A model generated the notes under the pieces. That model worked only from the letters and a program-made list of their open reading frames with translations, had not been told where the DNA came from and made no database searches. This document shows positions 23,459 through 35,276 of a DNA stretch of 64,000 nucleotides, piece by piece (the stretch's first letter is position 1; every line of letters starts with the position of its first letter). The position numbers and the translations under genes are program-made. Origin of the DNA: Phyllosticta citribraziliensis (taxonomy: Eukaryota); contig NW_027117349.1 of NCBI RefSeq assembly GCF_038025025.1, positions 806,001 to 870,000 on the forward strand, in the 5' to 3' direction.

Positions 23459-26400
23459 GATAAGAAAAGAGATAGTTATAATAGAGTAGATATATAAGTA
23501 GTTATATTAACTAAATAGAAAACTTACTATATTAGTCTATACCTAATAAGGTTATAAAAGCAGTAGTACTTAACTATTACTAATACTTTAGTAAGCCTAT
23601 CTATAATTATCTTATTAGTAGAGATATAAGAGATAGTTGTAGTTCTATCTATAACTACCTACTTAATATACTAGTAGTATAGATTAATATATTTTATAGC
23701 AGTATTAAACTCTATACTATTAGTAAATTAGACGGCGTTCTTATTATTATTATAGAGCTAGATTAGTTAAGTATTAGGGCCCTTATAACCTATTTTAGTA
23801 AGAACTTAAGTTATCTAGATAGCTTATTTAATAGTAGGAGTAAGGTTAATAAACTTAGCTTCTATTATAGATATACTAATAAGCTTCTATCTCCTACTCT
23901 TTATATATAGTAAACCGCCTAAAGCTATAATAATATAGCCTAATAAGGACTAATAAGTATCTAGATTATTAGTAAAAGCAGCATCTATATAGATTTATAA
24001 GCTAAGAGTGCTATTATTACTAGGGCGCAGAATAATTCTATAATTATATATACCCTATAAGTATTAAAGGACTTAGTAAGTAGTAGTAAGGTATTTATTT
24101 AATAGGTTATAGGTGTATTATAAGAGACAAGTAGTAGGGAAAAGAATAGCTAGGTAGTATCTTATTATACACTATATAAGTAAGCTAATAATCTTACTAT
24201 AAAGCTATTAATAGTCTAGGTTATTCTTACTATTATATGCGCGTAATTTATAGGAATCTATTAGTATAAGGACGCGCGCGGTATTACTTATACTAAACTA
24301 TATAAGAATATTTTAAATATATCCACCTTAGGATAGTATAATTATACTATTTATATATTAATTAATATAAAGACTAAGGAAGTAATATAGTTAGCCTATA
24401 TCTTTAAAGTAGAACTTAGTATTAAGTAGTAAGATAATTTTATTAACTTTAGACTTAGTTTTAGTAGTAATATAGAGATTATTAATATAGATAAGGATAA
24501 ATATAAGCTTATCCTAGTATCTTATAATATAAGGTTCTAAAGGGAGAGAGTAGAAACCTAGATAGTATAAGAAATTATAGAGGTACTAAAACTAAGTAAG
24601 TAGTAACTAGTATAAGCTATATAAGGCTCTTTAGAGATGCTAAACTTATTATAGGACCTAGTATCTAGGAGGTATATAGGTATAGACTAGGTCTTTTAGT
24701 AGTATATTAAGGAAGGCTGTCTTAATATCCCCTTACTTATAAAATAGGTAATAATAGATGTTAATTACTAAAAATAGTATAAAAGTAGGAAATATAATAA
24801 CTAGTAATAATACTTTAGATATATTAAATCCCTTATATTAAAGATTACTTAAAACTATAATATAGCTCTTATAGATAACCTTCTTACCTAGCTTATTAAG
24901 CTTATAGACCTAGATCTATTATAGTAGCAGCACCTAAGAGCTATCTAATAGGTAGTTAGTCTCTTTAAAGGTACTAGTATTAGTTAACTCCTATATCTAC
25001 TTATCTATAAAGGGTCTCTAATAGATAGATTTTAGCCCTATAAGGGCCTTATACTATAAGTAAGGTAGAACCTTATTAGTAGGGATAGCATCTTATTAGT
25101 AATAAGTAGTATTTTCTATAGTAGTAAAGGCGCGTATATAGTAAGTAGATAGTTAAGGAGGTTAAGTATTATCTAAACTATATTTCTTATTAAAGAATTA
25201 TATCTTAGTATAAATCTACTAAGGGTATTATAATAGTACTATTAGTAGTAGAGTAGGTATAGGTAATAGAGATAGTAAGAGTAGTAGTAAGGTTAAAGTT
25301 AGGTTAGTAAGTACTAAATTATTAGATCTAGTATATTTATTAGCTAGAGAGATATTAATCTAATCTATTTTATCTACTAATAGTATAATATCTATAAATA
25401 TATCCTCCTTACCTCTACTACTAATATCTATACTACCTATATTAGACCTCTCTACTACTTTAATTACTTATTCTACTATATTATAGATTACTTTAGTATT
25501 ACCTTTAAGAGCATCTTAAACTATTTTTAATATAAGATATATAATAAGTATCTTATTATTACTATTCTTAACTTTTCTATCTTCTATATTATTTATAGTA
25601 GCTATTAAGTCTAGCTACTAAGGAGGTCTAAAATATACATCCTAAGTATAGATAATCTAGTTTATTTAAGGGAGATATATCTAGAAGATATACTTATAGT
25701 TATAGCTAATAAACTATCCTTTCTCTATTCTTATATTAAATTTAGCGCTCTTAAGATGCTTCTTAGCTAGGATATAAGTATATATAGTAATACTAAAGAC
25801 TAGTACTAGTAACTAGACATCCTTATACCTACTAATAGTATTATTAAAAATATTAACTAGTATCTTGCTATTAAGTGCATAAGTGGGAAGATAGTTAAGA
25901 AGATATACTATATATTAATAGGCTTCTATCTATAATAATTAAGGTATATTTAATATAATACTTATAGAGCGGGCCATACTAGTAATAAGGTATATAGATA
26001 ACTTACTAATACTATTTTACTTAGGTAAGTATAGTACTATCTTTTTAACCTTAATACCCTTTATCTTTACCTATACTAGTAGCTTTTAGCCGCTAAACTC
26101 TATGCTATTATCTATTTAGAGGGCTTAGATCTTATATTAGAACTAGGTTTTAGTCTATTTACTAAAGTTTTAAATGCTATTAAAGGCGTCGCCCTTAGTC
26201 TTTATAACTAATAAGTATTATAGATATAAGTAGTTATCTATAAATACCACCCCCTAATAGCAGCTATTATAGCTAACTATAAGTAGTTTAAATATATTAA
26301 TATAGACGCGTCTAAAGGGCGCATCTGCTTAAGGTATTAGTTTATATAATACTATCTAGTAGGACTTAGCTATATAGTAGGATTTATAATAGAAGTCTTA

Positions 26401-28091
26401 GTTACTAGTAATAATAAGTTATCCCTAGTACTAGAGCTTATTAAGCGCGCTAGTATAGATATACCCTAATTACTAGTACTATATCTTATACGTCACTATA
26501 GGAGGAGTTGCTATAGTAAATACTTATACTATATAATTATTATTAATAACTATTAGAATATTCACCCCTAAACTATTAGGGCAAGCTATAATAGCCATTC
26601 TATAGTTTTATATTTATAATATAGAGGTAAGCTAATCTAGGTATAGTCCCTTCTACTTAAGTTTTAAAGCTAAGATAAGACTAACTATTAGTACTAGAAT
26701 ATATAGAACACCCTCTATTATAAGAGTATTAACTATACTATTTATAGGATAGTAGAGTATAGTATTACTATAGCTAATAGCTATTACTATACCTAAACTA
26801 TATACCTAGACTAGCTATATAAACTATAAGTAGTTTATTAGCTTAGTTAAATTTAGTATATAGTAGGTATTAGCCCTAGTATTAACAATCCATTCATCCT
26901 TTATTAAAGCTAGATATAGGTATAGGGTAGTAAAGTAGTTCGCACCTTATACTAGAGGGTTAGTTATTAATATTATTATTACTATTACTACTATTAGTAG
27001 TTTAGAGACTTAATTATCTAGTATATAAAATACCCCTAATACCAGCTTCTAATAGGTAGGACGGTATTTAAGGTAAAGATAGCTATACTTAGCCTTAATA
27101 TGCCCCTTCTTTCTATAGTAATTATAGGTAGCATGGTTAGACTTAGACTACTTAGTAGACTACTAACTAGTATAAATAGTAAGAGCTATAGTACTATTCT
27201 TACTAGTATATTTAATCTTATTAGTTATAGTATAGAAGAGATCCTTAAACTTAGGTATCTCCTTCTTATTATACTAATTTATATACTAAGTTATATACTA
27301 GATAGGAATATTATCCTATAAGTTTTCTAGAAGTAGAATATAGAGAATCTAGTCCTTAACTTACTATTAGATATAGCTAATATAGGCTTGCCTTTATTTA
27401 TATAGGGCATTATAGAATTCCTTTACTATTATAAAATTACTATATTAATAGAAGATAAAGTCCTTAATAATATTAGCCTTAAAGAGGATACCCTTAGTAT
27501 TATATATATTATAAAGCTTCTACTATATAGAGTAAGCTAAACTAGTATACCCCTATAGTACTATTATAATAGGAAGTATAATAATTATTATAAACTAGTA
27601 GATAATATATATATCTTTCTTATAATTAGTAGTATTTTTTAGCTTATCCTTAAGTAGATAGGTATAATAGAATAGACTAAGCCTTATCTTAACTATTATC
27701 TTAAAGGTTACCTAGTTAGTAGGGCCTTTAAGTAGCTAGATATTCTTTAAAGGGATACTAAACTTACTATTATTTATAGTTAGGTCTACCTCTTCTTTAG
27801 CCTTAGCCTACTTAGCTAGTATAGAAGATAAGGCGGTAGTAAAGCCTAAACTACTAGATAATAAAGGAGGAAGGGAAGGTAAAGTTATAGTAAAAGTAAT
27901 AACTATTAGTATATTACTTAGAGTTATAGAGATAGATAATACTAATAAATTTACTAAAAAGTAGGAATTATATAAGATAATAAGGGATAAAATAATAAAA
28001 TAATAAAATAACTATTAGTAATAATTATATAGATGGTGTTATAGTGTAATACTAAAATAAGCTAGATAAGTAATTTATATATATAATATAA

Positions 28092-28103
28092 GGGCTTATA
28101 ACC
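28092..28103 (-). other. Primer-binding site GGTTAT(A/G)AGCCC, half-tRNAiMet type
   Basis: The minus strand reads GGTTATAAGCCC immediately after the 5' LTR. This resembles the GGTTATGRGCCC PBS of Drosophila copia/Ty5-like elements with one RIP change. Confidence 0.75.
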
Positions 28104-28370
28104 TAATAAAGTAAGATGAGAGAACTAAAGACTCTATTTAAGGCTACTCTAAGAGCTATCTATATACTACTAAAACTGCTAGGGGGAGTAGTAGCTGGTG
28201 CTAACTGCTAATAAGTCCTAAACTTGTTAAGACGTGTGAAGCTGATAGATAAGTGTATCTTGACTGAAGTAGTAAGTTGTCGTCTGGATAAGCTGTAGTT
28301 GTCCAGGTGAACTGTAGCTGAGATGATGTGATGGGAGACTGCTTGGTGTTGTTATATAGGACCACTAATA
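28104..28370 (-). repeat. 5' LTR of the copia element (267 bp)
   Basis: Begins TAATAAAGTAAGATGAGAG (RIPed form of TGACAAAG...) and ends CCACTAATA, followed by the TSD TAAAC. Confidence 0.95.
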
Positions 28371-31364
28371 TAAACGGCGTTTACTTGTACGGCCGCTTCC
28401 ACACCGCCGCAACCTGTTTGGCCGTTTAAGCCGCCAGTCTTGGCCGTTCAATGTCTGCATGTACCCAAGTCCCAACCCAATGCCTGCACGCCCAAGCTCG
28501 TCGGAGCTACCTGTCGGACCTCGACAGCGCGAGACAGCCTCACGGTTTATCAGCACAACCAACCTGTGCCCGATAACGACTCGATACCGTCGCTGCATGT
28601 ACAGGACGAGCCTTAGCCAGTCATGGCGCATCGTACCTTGCCGCGGGGCAGCGCGGGGAGACGGAGGCGGAGCTCAGCGCGCCCAGATCCCGTCGATCCC
28701 GGGTTGCTTTTCTGCAGAGCTTCCCGTCAACATGTGGCTCTGCATCCGACCTCCCGTCGCGTCGCGCCCCGCCCCGGAATTTCTAAGCGCCTAGTAAGCA
28801 CAAATTCTTTGGGCCATGGTCCTGCCAAGGTGGTTGTACCCTCCACCAAGACTTGGGTGGGAGAAGCAGACCTCCATCCCTCAACTCCCGATCCTCATCA
28901 TCTCGACAAGTTTCATCGGTCTGAGGACCATCTCGACGCATGCTTGCTTCTTCTGGCGTCATTATCAAGCAGCCCTGTAATGATGCTGGCGCGCAATTGT
29001 GCGCGGAAGCAGAGCGCGTCTCAGACCATGTGGCGCTCTTCTGGAAAGGCAGGGTATTACACAAGCTATATCTGCTGGCCGGTATTGGTCAGCACAAGAC
29101 GGACAAGATTAAACTTCAGTCAGAGCTTGGTACCCACCCAAGGGATCATTTTTGATTCGCCGCGACTGGGCGGAACGTTCAAGCCATGGTTTGCAGCCAT
29201 GGCAGTCTTGTTCTCACCGCAATCGTCGGCAGTTGTCATGTCCAGCTGGCAAATGGCATGTTCGCAGCTCCCCATTGTCAAAGTATACTCGTCGGTCTCG
29301 GTTTCACAAACCTACGACGCTCTAGTTCCGCGCTCGTTTGTCATCTGTATTTGGCATTGGCCATCTTGATCTGAGCTTGAGAAACAGGCCATCTGCCAAG
29401 GACCCAGATCTGAACTGACGAAACTGGTTATCAGATCAAAACGCAAATGCGTCACATCGAAGTTACTCCTCGGATCGCATGGGAGTCCAACGTCACAGGC
29501 GACTCGCGACGATATGCTAGCGAATGCGAACAATGGAAGCTCTGTCGATAATGTCGATCCAGGACGGCAGCTTGGCGTAGTACACACAGTAGCCGGCAAC
29601 TTGAGACCTGCTTCTTCCTCTCACTGATGACGTCAATTGTTCGCGGAAATATAGGCAGAGCAGGGCAAAGCGCGGCAGCTCCCACGAACCGTTGCCTATT
29701 TGGAGCACCAAACACCAAATCCCCCGCTTGCCTGATGTGCCGCCGCCACACCACGCCTCGCTAGCTCCATCCGTCACAGGTCCAGACCCTAGACAGCCAT
29801 GGCTCCGCACTTGAGATGCGCCGGCGCAGGAACCTGCCTTGTGCTGTGATTCCGTGCCACACAGCACGAGAGGGGTGTGTGCGTGGGTTGGTGTCATGGC
29901 AAAGAATCCATCTGGCACGAGCCCGAGGCAGGAGCAGGCCCGGTGTGACAAGACCGCCACATCCTTCTTCCTTTCTTCGCATCCGGAGCATCGTCACGAC
30001 AAAATGTCACGCGGCGCCACTCCACTCCCTCCGTTCCCCATTCTACTGGGTCTGTGACGGACGACCACACTTGATTGAAATGAGGACAAAAAACAAATTG
30101 CGCTGCGTCTTACCACCCAGCCACGCACCCCTTCCCACACCACAATCGCTCATCTCATCTCATCTCAGGGACCTGGCGCGCGGCCCAGTGGCATCAGCTT
30201 AGCTGACATGACTGACCCTCTGTTCCCTCCCGTCGACGCCTCATTCTTGCGTCTGTGTGCGCAAATTCTCCGCGCAATCTTTGTTGCGGCTTTGTTCCCG
30301 CCTTGATGCGACCAATTATTGATGCTGCAAATAAGCAGTGCCTATCTAGGCTGCGCTGAGTGGACGATATGTGCTTCCAGATGACGCAAAGCAACGGCAC
30401 CGCTTGGTGAGATTTCTACTCGAAAAGAGACGGCTCTCGACGACCCTTTTCTAGTCATGCTTCTATTTCCAGCATTTTCGCCCGTCGCTAGTCTTCCCAC
30501 CGTCCGAATCAATTCTTTCTCAGTTTTCAACTTGTCAATTCCGGGGCGACAGCGAAGATGCCCTCTTCATACTTCGTTCCATACGACCTTCCTGCTCGTC
30601 GCGAAGTCACAGTGTGCGCAAATTTCCGGCACCCAACGCGTCGCAAGCACCGCGTCAGATCCCAGGGGAGTCAGTGACGTCGTCCTGCCGCAGACCCCCA
30701 CCGCCGCCGCCGCCGCCGCGGGCGGATCATACACACGTACTGACGCACGCCTGGCATACAGTCGCAAAGTGACGTGAGAATAGGCATTGGGACAGCCGGC
30801 GGCACGGCTGCTGCTGCTACAGGACCCTGCAGAAGAAAAGTGACTGCTGAATGACGGCAGGAGGATTGCATGCTATGCGTCAAGGTTGGAGGCGTCGGTG
30901 TCATTGCACATCATGAGTTTGTCTTGCTTTTGCTTTCACTGACAGGCGCGTGGGTCTGTCTGCCATGCTAGTCTGGGGGAGCTGAGTCTGCCTGTCGACA
31001 CTATCGTGGGCTGGTTGGAAAATGATTGCACGGCCTGGTAAGACATGTGTGACTGCCAGCCTCCGTGTCGACTTTGTCAACACTGTCCACCTTGCCGCAC
31101 CCACAACGCTTTCGCAACCCGCCGGCAGCATATCGCCAGCAATACGTACCCACCACCCTCCAACCTCTTGCCCGAATTCTCCCTCTCCCTCCCTTTCTCT
31201 CTCGCCGCAGACTTACCCATCCCTCCCGCTCCGCAGCCTCCGCTCTGCCCAGATCTTCTTAGCGCGCCAACGCCGCTCCCGCCATCTCTTCTGCCAGCGC
31301 ATCACACACCTCAGCCGAAAATCCAATCTACCTTCGCGATTTGCGCGCCGCGGCACTACCGCAA

Positions 31365-31455
31365 GCCAGCCAGCCAGCCAGCCAGCCAGCGCAATCAACT
31401 CAACTCAATCGCGCGCGCGCGCGCGTCCGTCGGCCGAGCCGAGCCGAGCCGAGCC
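31365..31455. repeat. Cluster of (GCCA)n, (CG)n and (GCCGA)n simple repeats
   Basis: Directly visible, including an alternating (CG)n run at about 31409-31424. Confidence 0.8.
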
Positions 31456-32425
31456 TGGCGGGGCAAATCGAATCGAACTGAATGGAAAGATATCTGATGG
31501 CCGTTTCAGGGGCTTATCTGTTTTAATGCCGCGGTGATCGGTGTGCTAGGGGGAGGGGAGGGGTAGGTGGGGGAATGCGTGCGAGGGGTACCTTGGTATC
31601 TGGGTACTTGGGGCTTTGAAGTGTTTCGTGGGTCCCCGCGCTGCTTGGTGGACGGTAGGGTAGGGTAGGCGAGTGAGTGAGACGGAGGTGGGATTGGATC
31701 TTTTTTGGGCGCTCTGCGGCGACCTGACTGGCTGCGGTTTGTTGTCCAGCTACAACTCACTCACCTCTGGTCTGTCAGATCGCAAGCCTGACAGTTGCGC
31801 CAACAGCGCGCTCTGCTGCTGCTCCTCCGCCAATCTGACTCTCGCCTTTCCAACGTTGCTCGCATCATCGCAACAGGCCAGCTCAACTGTTGTCAGAGCC
31901 GTTTTCTGCCCGCTTTCTCTCTGATTCCCTGATTTTTGCTATGGCGGAGCTGGCGGAGCAGCACTTCCCGCTACTCCCACCACTCGTCTCTTCGCCCCCG
32001 TCTCTTTCAGCATACCGCCCGCCGTCCTGCCGCTCCGCGCCACACGTCAAAAAACACCGCGCCACAGGGGAAAGGACACAGGCAGACCGCGTCGGAGCGG
32101 AGCGCGGGCAGGCGGAGCAGGCAGCGGGGTCCCGCGAGCTGAGCAGAGCAGAGCTGTCAGAAAGACGGCCTCGCTGCGGCCTGATGATGGTATGTACATT
32201 GAACCATGTACAGTGAGTGAGTACATTACTCGCATGCCGGCCTGAATAGCAGTTCTGACTCGCTGTCTGCCATGCCATGAAGCCATCAGGTATGCAGCTG
32301 GATGGGGCTGGATGGAGCTGCACGACAGACCTCTAAAGATAGGAAGAAGGCCTGAGTATTGGTTGGGCGAGGTGCGGTGCGGTGGGGTGTGAGTATGCTG
32401 CGTACATGGCGTTGGGCGCGCGCAT

Positions 32426-32451
32426 GGTGGTGGTGGTGGTGGTGGTGGTGG
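32426..32451. repeat. (GGT)8 trinucleotide repeat
   Basis: Directly visible. Confidence 0.85.
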
Positions 32452-33949
32452 GGAAATGGGCCCCCAGGTGGCTGGGGCGACGACGAAAGGGAAGGAGGAA
32501 AGTATTGGATGCGCGACGGTGGTGGGCTGCGTCGCTGGCGTTGATTGCGGGTCGCGCGTGGTGTGGTATGGCATGGAATTGCGTGCCAGTTGGCGGCGCA
32601 AGGAAACGAAGCCATTTGTCTGGGTGAGACCCGTTGTGTTGGGCGGACAGCTTGCGACGTGCCTGTGATGGCGAGCGCTGCGGGACGAAGTTGGGAGTGG
32701 GTGGTGTGTGTTGGCGCAGACTGTGAGTACGGCATAGACACGCGAACGCCATCATACAGGTCAGTCAGTTGAACGAGGTTGTATGTACGAACGCTCTGTA
32801 TGTCGACTGGAGAGGAGAAGTGGTGGTTGAGATGGCTGCAAGGAGGATCGTGTCGTGCGACTCGACTGCCGTGAGTTGTCAGAGTGCCGACATGACATGA
32901 CCGCTCCCTCAATGGTGCGTGAGAAAGGTTCTCGTGCGTATGTACGTGCCATATTCAAATCTTGCAGATGGGTATGTGGTCGATGCAAGGGGAGTACATG
33001 TACTTGGGCATCTTGTCTTTCAACCTGCCTTGCTACCCACCGTCGGATCCGCAACTTACAACCACTAGACTGGCCATGCGGCATGTTAGACACCAGCGAG
33101 CAGCCCACAATGCGCTGTGACGTTCCAAGAGAGAAAGAGCAGGAAGAGGGCCACCAGGAAGAAGAGGAGGCAGGACACCACAGCAAGCAGACAGACACAC
33201 CTGACGAACGCTTCGTGCTCATCCATCCAGCAGCGAGGGGCGTCGTCGCTACCCTCGGATATAGCCAGCCTGGCGCCTCAAATGTCCGGAAGACCGGCCG
33301 GTGGTTCGGGCGTGGCCTCTCCACCACTTGCTTCTGGTCCGATGGTCTTTGGCATGAAGAGGGGAGTTAGGAGGGAGGGAGCCTCTTTCATACAGTGTCG
33401 GTGGCATGGTGGCCGGTAAGCAACATGGTCAATGTTCTCTCTGTGATCACTCCTGCACTGTGCTTCTGTGATGGTCCTCTATACTTTCCTGGGGTATCTA
33501 CCTGAAGAGCCGGCAAAGTGACGTCCGTCCTCAATCAACCCGCATGTAAACCATCCATTCTTTCTCCGTGTATGATTCCGTAACCCTCCCTCAACGATCT
33601 TGCTGTACATCCGTGACCTCAAGGGCAAAGGCTGTCGCCGCCGTCGTTGCCTCGGACGGGTGCTGGTCGTGGATCTCTCTTGGTGTGTGGGGAGCTCGGG
33701 TTCTGATTTTGTCCATCTTCGCTCTATCGAGCAGCCGTTCGTAGGCTCATGGTGTTGGTCGACCGCTGTAACGCATGTCAGTACGGCTTTTAGAGGCAGC
33801 GAATAAGTAGAGCTTTCTCACCAAAGAACAAGGCTCAAGCTCAGGATGGCTCTCGAGGAGCAGCCCTCCATCAACCCATGCTGGTGCTTGCCTGCTACGA
33901 CAGACGTCAGCCAAATTTCGTGAGTCGCACGTAGACCTTTCTTACCGCT

Positions 33950-34532
33950 TCAAGGCTTGGCCTGCTTGCCGGCGTCCTTGAGCGCCTTGTTCTCGGCCTC
34001 AAGGGCCGCGACCTTGTCCTCAAGATCCTCGCGGATCTTGATCTCTTCGCGGAACTGGCGCTCGATCTGCACCACGTCGTACTGGAGCTGGTCGCGCCTC
34101 GCTTCAGCGTCGTGAAGACGCTGGGCGAGGGCGGGCTCCTCCTACTCGCAAGAAGCACGTTAGCCAACTCAACGCCAAAGCAGCTTCAAGGTAGAGCGCA
34201 AGCTGATTGAGGTAAACTTGACTTACAGGCTTGGGGGCGGCGGCGGCAGCGGGAGGCGCGGGGCGCTGGGCGGTGGTCTGCTTGACCTTGACCTTAGTAA
34301 TTGTTGGCGAACTCGACGACGCGAGAGCAGCTCGTCGAAGGAAAGGCGTGAGCTGGTTGAAGGAGAGTGGTTGACTTACGGGCGAGGCCGGCTTGTCCTC
34401 CTCCGAAGCCCCATCCACACCACCGGATGGGGTACGGCCGGAGTTGGGCCGAAATGCTCCGTCGCCTTGGGACGGCTCAGGAGTCTCCTCGAAAGGAGAA
34501 CGAGGTCGAGCAGTGGACTCGGAAGTCGGCAT
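33950..34532 (-). CDS. Orphan protein with a disordered N-terminus and C-terminal coiled coil
   Basis: ATG at 34532. Intron 34142-34226 (GTAAGT...GCTAAC...TAG) joins PAPPAAAAAPKP to EEPALAQRLHDAEARRDQLQYDVVQIERQFREEIKIREDLEDKVAALEAENKALKDAGKQAKP*. A further intron may start at 34379. Confidence 0.65.
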
Positions 34533-35276
34533 TGTTCTGTGAAATGCTGATGAGTGTGAGAACTGCGGCGTGGGGAGAGCGTAGAGGAGACATACGAGAC
34601 TTGGAAAGGAGAGTGGAGGGAGTGCGGATTCTGTTTGAACTCTCACCGTTAGAGAGAAGGACTGTTGCTGGTTGGGGGTTGGAACATACCGCGGGGTGAT
34701 GAGGTGGTGGAAAGTTTGAGCGTTGCTTCAAATCGAATTCGCACAAAAGATATCTGGTGGGAGACGACGACTAAGCATCACTTACCAGAGCTCACGCCGA
34801 GCAACCAAAATGTGACCAACACCAGTATTGTTGCCTATTCGGGCACCTGTGAACATCTCGGCAGCGTACCCAACCTGTCAATGGCACGTTTAGACGGCAC
34901 TGTCGGGCGTTGCGCCGCAGTGTATAACGGAAGAGTAGATACGTGCGGCGCGAAATCAAAGAGAACGAGTGTACAACGCCGCGAAATTGTGAGCCTTGCG
35001 CCGTTGAAAGTAGGAGAATACGTATATTCGAGCGGCGGGTTTGTACGAAAAGTGGGAAGTGTATTGACGAACGGCGCGAAAAGGGACTACAATGAATAGA
35101 TGAACGCTAGAAATCGACAGTGACAGTCCAAACGCTAAGTACGCCGCTTATTCAACTAAAGCAAAGTTCCTCCGTCCTTCTATGTTGTGGGAGTATGTTA
35201 CGAGATGAGCCTACCGATGAAGCCAACTGCATTCGCATGACCTCTCTTCGGGGCCTTCAAAACGGGACTATGTGGC

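Larger units (their letters stand above)
23182..28370 (-). mobile_element. Full-length Ty1/copia LTR retrotransposon inactivated by RIP
   Basis: Two 267-bp LTRs, a 5-bp target-site duplication (CAAAC/TAAAC), PBS and PPT. The interior is very AT- and TpA-rich. De-RIPed minus-strand motifs fall in copia order: integrase (T)APY(S)PEQNG...MARSM at about 25965-26040, RT LQRALYGL.QSP..W at about 24595-24640, and RNase H KHID.RY...MIADGLTKAL at about 23581-23700. Confidence 0.93.

Noticed and set aside
27100..27321. 73-aa ORF inside the AT-rich block
   Set aside because: An I/L/Y/S-rich artefact of RIP-mutated transposon DNA, on the non-coding strand.
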